Origin: a virus
Length of the DNA: 62,170 bases
IMG/VR virus record: IMGVR_UViG_3300046557_000378
Reading direction: 5' to 3' (one strand)
Each line of letters begins with the position of its first letter. Positions within the stretch are counted from its first letter, which is position 1. The notes under the pieces were generated by a model. That model was not told where the DNA came from. It worked only from the letters and a program-made list of their open reading frames with translations, and ran no database searches. The translations under genes and the position numbers were made by a program. Of this stretch, positions 58,601 through 62,170 are shown one piece after another.

Positions 58601-60651
58601 GGCTGTGGCAGAAGGCGCTATCCCCGGCGTTCGACGCCATCGGGCTGGCAGCGCGGATCCTGTTCGCGGTCGTGGTCGTCGCCGTTCTGACGCCCATGTG
58701 GCTCGCTTTCCAGGCTCTCGGCTTGATATCCATGTGGCTGTGGGAGAAGGCAATCAAGCCGTCTCTCGGGTTCATCGGGGCGTTGGCGGTATGGGTCTGG
58801 AAGAACCAGCTTCAGCCGTTCTTCCAGAGCATGTGGAATGCGATCCAGTGGGTCGGCGCCAAGTTCAAATGGCTTTACGACCACGCTATCAAGCCGATAT
58901 CCGAATGGATCGGCAGCAAGGTGAAAGCCCTATGGGACAGCTGGCTTTCCCCGGCATTCTCGTCTATCTGGGACGGAATCCAGTGGCTTGGCGGTAAGTT
59001 CAAGTGGCTGTACGACAAGGGCGTCAAACCCATCGTCGACGACATAGCCAGCGCCTTCAAGTCGATGGGCAAGAGCATCAAGGCGGCGTGGGATGACGTA
59101 GTTGACCACTCCAAGACGCCCGTCAACTTCATCATCAAGTGGGTGTACACGAACGGCATCAAGGCCGTTTGGGACAAGGTCGCTTCATTCGTCGGACTCT
59201 CGAAACTCCCTGCCGCACCGAAGCTGCTGGAGGCCGGCGGAACCGTCGGGAGCGGCTGGGGAACTGCCCGCCCGATGGTGACGAACCGTCCGACGGCGAT
59301 CGTCGGCGAAGGCAACCCGCGATACCCGGAATACGTCATCCCGACGGATCCGAAGTACCGGGGACAAGCGCAGGCACTACACCGTCAGGCCGGTACGCAG
59401 CTCCTCGAATCCGGCGGAGTTCTCGGCGGAATCTGGGACTGGACGAAGGACACCGTCTCTGACGTCGTCGGCAAGGGCGTCGACTGGGCGAAGACCGGAG
59501 CAAGTCTCCTCTCCGACCCCTCGTCGGTGTGGAAGAAGCTCACGACGCCGATCCTCAACAAGGTGTCGGACGGAGTCGGCACTTCCCCCATGGGCAAGGC
59601 GCTGACGCAGTACCCGACGAAGATGGTCGCGGGACTGAAGGACAAGATCGTCACTGCCGCGGAGTCTCTGTTCTCCAGCGGTGGCGGAGGTGGCGGGCAG
59701 TGGATCAAGCCCGTCAACGTGCCCTTCGGAACGCGCTTCGGAGTCTCCGGCCCCATGTGGTCGTCCGGGCATCACACGGGCCTGGACTTCCCGGCACCGA
59801 CCGGTACCCCCGTTCACGCGGTGGCCGACGGTGATGTCACGGGAGCAGCGAGCGGAGGCCCGTACGGAAATCACGTCATTCTCTCCCATGGTGGAGGCCT
59901 AGCGTCGCTCTACGCCCACATGTCGAAGATCCTGACGGCAGTCGGCAAGCACGTGACGCAGGGCCAGGAGATCGGCAAGGTCGGCGCGACGGGCAACGTC
60001 ACCGGTCCACACCTCCACCTGGAGGCACGCGTCAACGGCGCGGCCGTCGACCCGATGCCATACCTGACGGGATCGAAGGGCTTCACCGCTGGCGCAGCCG
60101 GTACGGCGCAGAAGTACGCGAAGGGCATGCTCGGCCAACACGGCTGGGACGCAGGGCAGTTCGGTCCGCTGAAGAGCCTGTGGCAGGGCGAGTCCGGTTG
60201 GAACTACCGCGCAAAGAACCCCAGTTCAGGCGCCTACGGCATCCCGCAGGCGCTCCCCGCGTCGAAGATGGCGTCCGCCGGCTCCGACTGGCTGACGAAC
60301 TACGCGACGCAGATCCGTTGGGGTCTCGGTTACATCGACGACCGGTACGGCACGCCGGCCAACGCCTACTCCAAGTGGATGGCACGCAGCCCGCATTGGT
60401 ACGACGATGGAGGCATGCTCCCGACGGGCCTGTCCCTTGTCGCCAACGGAACCGGCTCGCCTGAGCCCGTGTTCACCGGATCCCAGTGGTCCGACATCCG
60501 CGCGGCGAAGAGCGGTGGCGGAACGAGCACCATCCATGCCGACGTGAAGGTCTTCATCGGCGACCGCGAGATCACGGACATCGTCGACACCCGCATCGAG
60601 CTGCACGAGGACTCGACAGCTTCGGCAATCACTACTGGAAGGTGGGTCTGA
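55624..60651 (+). CDS. tape measure protein with embedded M23 peptidase and transglycosylase-like domains
   Basis: 1675 aa; coiled coils, W-rich TM repeats; HHTGLDFPAPTGTPVHA...GPHLHLE; WQGESGWNYRAKNPSSGAYGIPQA. Confidence 0.9.
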   Translation: MAGDLDIVGGAAVDVVPIVPNFHTKLKAIVLPIADRVGEEAGQKMGEAISKHIVIAIPDGITDGGKIGVRLAGKQGDDAGGAFARSIRRKLEAAFKAMPKLDVKLGDTGVDAELARIRAKLEQLSNKRVGIDVSAEDAEAEITRLEAKLQELGAQHPNVAVRADTAAARAALAEIRAEIAAVGGRRTVTLEVDGAFGAKLRAVVAEAQASIPDINVDADTSPARAEVQELRARLAALADVRVGIDIDAGTALAEIQAIQERLELLSIQRHDIDVRVDAARAAAQLAALDAEVDSVKILNIKALADTSGASSALMGLGVQMAILTAIPLGPVLAAGIGAIASAAVAAGAGVGVLALAAVPAIKGVTEAITAKSAADKEASSASDNSVAAGNRAAQSALQTVGAQQALTSAHRNAARSIAQASEQIENAERSVAQASQRAAEQRRQAVDSVVQAERSLADAQRQEQQAQTDLTQARKDAAQQLADLNDKLTDGKLSERDATLRVTEAEEQLNQTRLAFDAGKASDTDLARAQLSYDQAVQAQKEQSKNYTQLQADAKAAEKAGVNGNANVKTAAQQLADAQQNVKDQVTALAKAQRDAAQAEIDAAQSVADAQRNLADAVQNAANTQVDAADSIASAERGVESARLSSSNATGTATTKADEYKRALAKLTPAQRDLYDSIAGPKGLTKALKDWSKELQPDVLLLFTRGVDGAKNSLPGLTPLVKTTADAVGILFDKASKALRSPFWTGFKDDINKNAKPAIVGLGISFGNIITGMAGIVDAFLPHMDGISKTMQRITKRFADWGKNLKGSPSFEKFLQYVKDNSPGLAEFLGDLLSTIVDVAQALAPLSQTAMDVVKPMLDGISWLANHAPWTIQLLWGLYTVFKAITLMQAGFAAAMLIYDIAVAGATLVTSGWAAAIQATGIVPLIEAIVLVIALLVIGIIWAYKNVGWFRTIVDTSWHFIRDVTVWLWEKALKPVFQGMWTLIKLVGDISVWLWQKALSPAFDAIGLAARILFAVVVVAVLTPMWLAFQALGLISMWLWEKAIKPSLGFIGALAVWVWKNQLQPFFQSMWNAIQWVGAKFKWLYDHAIKPISEWIGSKVKALWDSWLSPAFSSIWDGIQWLGGKFKWLYDKGVKPIVDDIASAFKSMGKSIKAAWDDVVDHSKTPVNFIIKWVYTNGIKAVWDKVASFVGLSKLPAAPKLLEAGGTVGSGWGTARPMVTNRPTAIVGEGNPRYPEYVIPTDPKYRGQAQALHRQAGTQLLESGGVLGGIWDWTKDTVSDVVGKGVDWAKTGASLLSDPSSVWKKLTTPILNKVSDGVGTSPMGKALTQYPTKMVAGLKDKIVTAAESLFSSGGGGGGQWIKPVNVPFGTRFGVSGPMWSSGHHTGLDFPAPTGTPVHAVADGDVTGAASGGPYGNHVILSHGGGLASLYAHMSKILTAVGKHVTQGQEIGKVGATGNVTGPHLHLEARVNGAAVDPMPYLTGSKGFTAGAAGTAQKYAKGMLGQHGWDAGQFGPLKSLWQGESGWNYRAKNPSSGAYGIPQALPASKMASAGSDWLTNYATQIRWGLGYIDDRYGTPANAYSKWMARSPHWYDDGGMLPTGLSLVANGTGSPEPVFTGSQWSDIRAAKSGGGTSTIHADVKVFIGDREITDIVDTRIELHEDSTASAITTGRWV

Positions 60652-60652
60652 C

Positions 60653-60832
60653 GTGCCCGACGAGCCAACGACTGACGACGAGGGCGAAGGCGAGGTCGTT
60701 CCCCCCATCGTCGACTACACGCCGGAGGAGGTGGACCCCGATCCGGTGATCGTTCCGAGCACACCAGAGAGCAACGACGGATCGTCCATCATCAACGACG
60801 GCCCGACGTACCCGGCACCCGGGGAGGGCTAA
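60653..60832 (+). CDS. hypothetical acidic Pro-rich protein (59 aa, below track cutoff)
   Basis: GTG 2 nt after TMP stop; stop 3 nt before next GTG. Confidence 0.4.
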   Translation: MPDEPTTDDEGEGEVVPPIVDYTPEEVDPDPVIVPSTPESNDGSSIINDGPTYPAPGEG

Positions 60833-60835
60833 GCA

Positions 60836-62170
60836 GTGGCCATCACTGGCAACCTTCTGTCGGCCAACGCGGAGAGCATCGAAACGGATGCCTCCGCGTG
60901 GTCGGCGCTGGTCAACGCGGCGACCCTCACGCAGGGCTCAGGGGGCACGCTCGGTACCCATTGCCTGTCGTTCAAGTCCGTTGCGGCGGGGGACTGCCAA
61001 GTCGGTCTTGCCGCTCGGGTCGCAGTGACGCCAGGTGTCGAGCACTGGAGTTGCGCCTCGATCTTCCCGCCGGCGAGTGGCGCCACGGCGTGGCTTGAGA
61101 TCCGCTGGTACACATCCGGCGGGACGCTGATCAGTACGACGACGGGGCCGACGATCGCCGCCCCGGCCGCAACCTGGTTCCAGATAGCGGCAGTTGGAAC
61201 CGCCCCTGCCACGGCGGCAACTGCGCTAGTCGTTTTGCGCGTCACGGCAACGGCCGCTACTCAAAGCTGGTTCGCCGACAGGATCTTCCTGGGGCAGACG
61301 ATCCGGTCGACGGGCAACCTGTTGCCGTGGAGCACGGAGACGATCGAAGTCGACCGCTCCGGATGGGCTGCGGACACGAACTGCACGCTCGGCATCTCCA
61401 CGACGTCGTACACGTGGTATCAGTCGATGATCCTCACGTCGTCCGCGGCCGGCGCATGCCTAGCGCGGAATGCGGTGGCGGACGCTCCAGCAGTGACGCC
61501 AGGCGTCGAGTACGCAGCACAGGTTCAGGTGTCACCCGGAGTCAGCGCGCTGTCCTTCGCGATTCAGATCCGGTGGAGGGACGCGTCAGGGACGGAGATC
61601 GGAACCTCCTCCGCAGCCTTCACGCCGGCGAGCGGCCAATGGACGCGGTGCACAGTCGCTGCGACCGCCCCGGTCGGTGCCGTGACTGCACGCGTTGCAC
61701 TGGCACCCACGGCAACAGCCGCAGGGCAACAGTGGGTCCTCGACCGCATGCTCCTCGCGCCGACGAGCGCGCTCATGACGTCCGGGAACCTACTTCCCTA
61801 CAACACGAGCGACATCGAACAGGACTCGACCGGTTGGACGGTGACCGGCGGGACGGCCACGCAGACGACGGAGCAAGTCCTAGGCGGTGCCTACGCCTTG
61901 CGAATCGCCGCTACTGGCGGCGACGTCGTGGCAACGATCACCGTACCTGTTGGCGGCGTGCAAGAGGATCTCGGCTATCAGTTCGCTCCCTGCGTCTACA
62001 AGCCCGTCACTCGCGTCTACCAAACGCGCATCGAGTGGTTGAACTCCGCAGGCGATGCGGTGCGGACGAGGTGGCAGTCCTGGACCGGCGCCGTGGGTGG
62101 GTGGGCCGTCGCACGCATGGGCGACCTGGCCCCCGAGGGGGCCGTCTCCGCTCGCCTGAGCCTGCTAGTC
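60836..62170 (+). CDS. minor tail protein, N-terminal part with three tandem ~150-aa carbohydrate-binding-module-like repeats (continues at nt 51-911)
   Basis: No stop to window end; repeats each begin GNLL(S/P)xN...E.D..GW; full product is 731 aa after removing the overlap. Confidence 0.85.
   Translation, partial: MAITGNLLSANAESIETDASAWSALVNAATLTQGSGGTLGTHCLSFKSVAAGDCQVGLAARVAVTPGVEHWSCASIFPPASGATAWLEIRWYTSGGTLISTTTGPTIAAPAATWFQIAAVGTAPATAATALVVLRVTATAATQSWFADRIFLGQTIRSTGNLLPWSTETIEVDRSGWAADTNCTLGISTTSYTWYQSMILTSSAAGACLARNAVADAPAVTPGVEYAAQVQVSPGVSALSFAIQIRWRDASGTEIGTSSAAFTPASGQWTRCTVAATAPVGAVTARVALAPTATAAGQQWVLDRMLLAPTSALMTSGNLLPYNTSDIEQDSTGWTVTGGTATQTTEQVLGGAYALRIAATGGDVVATITVPVGGVQEDLGYQFAPCVYKPVTRVYQTRIEWLNSAGDAVRTRWQSWTGAVGGWAVARMGDLAPEGAVSARLSLLV
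62121..62170. repeat. terminal direct repeat (identical to 1-50)
   Basis: Read directly. Confidence 0.95.

Noticed and set aside
1-62170. Known multi-gene systems looked for by eye: reverse transcriptase (retron/DGR/Abi), CRISPR-Cas, restriction-modification pairs, CBASS/SMODS cyclase, TIR, toxin families, protelomerase, tyrosine integrase, transposase
   Set aside because: I recognised no motifs for any of them. The only methyltransferase is the frame-disrupted orphan dcm. The SLATT-like gene has no recognisable partner. Absence by eye is weak evidence and needs profile searches.

Overview
Complete, circularly permuted genome of a high-GC temperate siphovirus of an actinobacterium. Unique length is 62,120 bp; nt 1-50 equal nt 62121-62170. 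Signals are Streptomyces-like: GTG/TTG starts, ATGA/GTGA coupled genes, leaderless mRNAs and GC-rich terminator hairpins.

Layout from the window start:
- Distal tail genes (one minor tail ORF crosses the window junction), amidase endolysin plus a membrane protein, a beta-helix tailspike, and a dNMP kinase.
- Early/middle region (7.6-31 kb): RecB/Cas4-type exonuclease, RNA ligase, MazG-like protein, a frame-disrupted cytosine-5 DNA methyltransferase, resolvase, Toprim primase/SF3 helicase, family A DNA polymerase, HNH nuclease, and a phage-encoded sigma-70-family factor.
- Accessory/lysogeny island (31-41 kb): a sortase-like secreted protein, a tRNA 3' remnant, a DUF2637-like membrane/HTH protein, a SLATT-like 2TM protein, a triad of small protein / DUF6879-like / XRE-DUF5753-like genes, and a large serine integrase with a candidate attP.
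- A ~0.5-kb non-coding unit with a tRNA-like element, then tRNA-Thr and tRNA-Pro.
- HNH, a stand-alone AEP primase-polymerase, terminase, portal, MuF-like protein, scaffold, decoration protein, lambda-E-type capsid, connectors, major tail, G/GT chaperones (G_GGA_AAG slip site) and a 1675-aa tape measure.

Most noteworthy non-genic structure:
1. A five-copy two-block promoter-like motif (CCCGCGTCACA-N11-TTCCCCCATWAC) that also precedes the sigma gene.
2. A 14-bp palindrome GTCAGTCGACTGAC present in at least 12 copies at gene boundaries genome-wide.
3. Host-type early promoters embedded in GGTCGACATAA operators; one pair brackets a 2-kb cassette as ~140-bp direct repeats.
4. Two homologous 69-bp AT-rich palindromes 31.7 kb apart in inverted orientation, one next to a DnaA-box-like cluster.

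All functional calls come from motif recognition by eye. No database search or folding program could be run.
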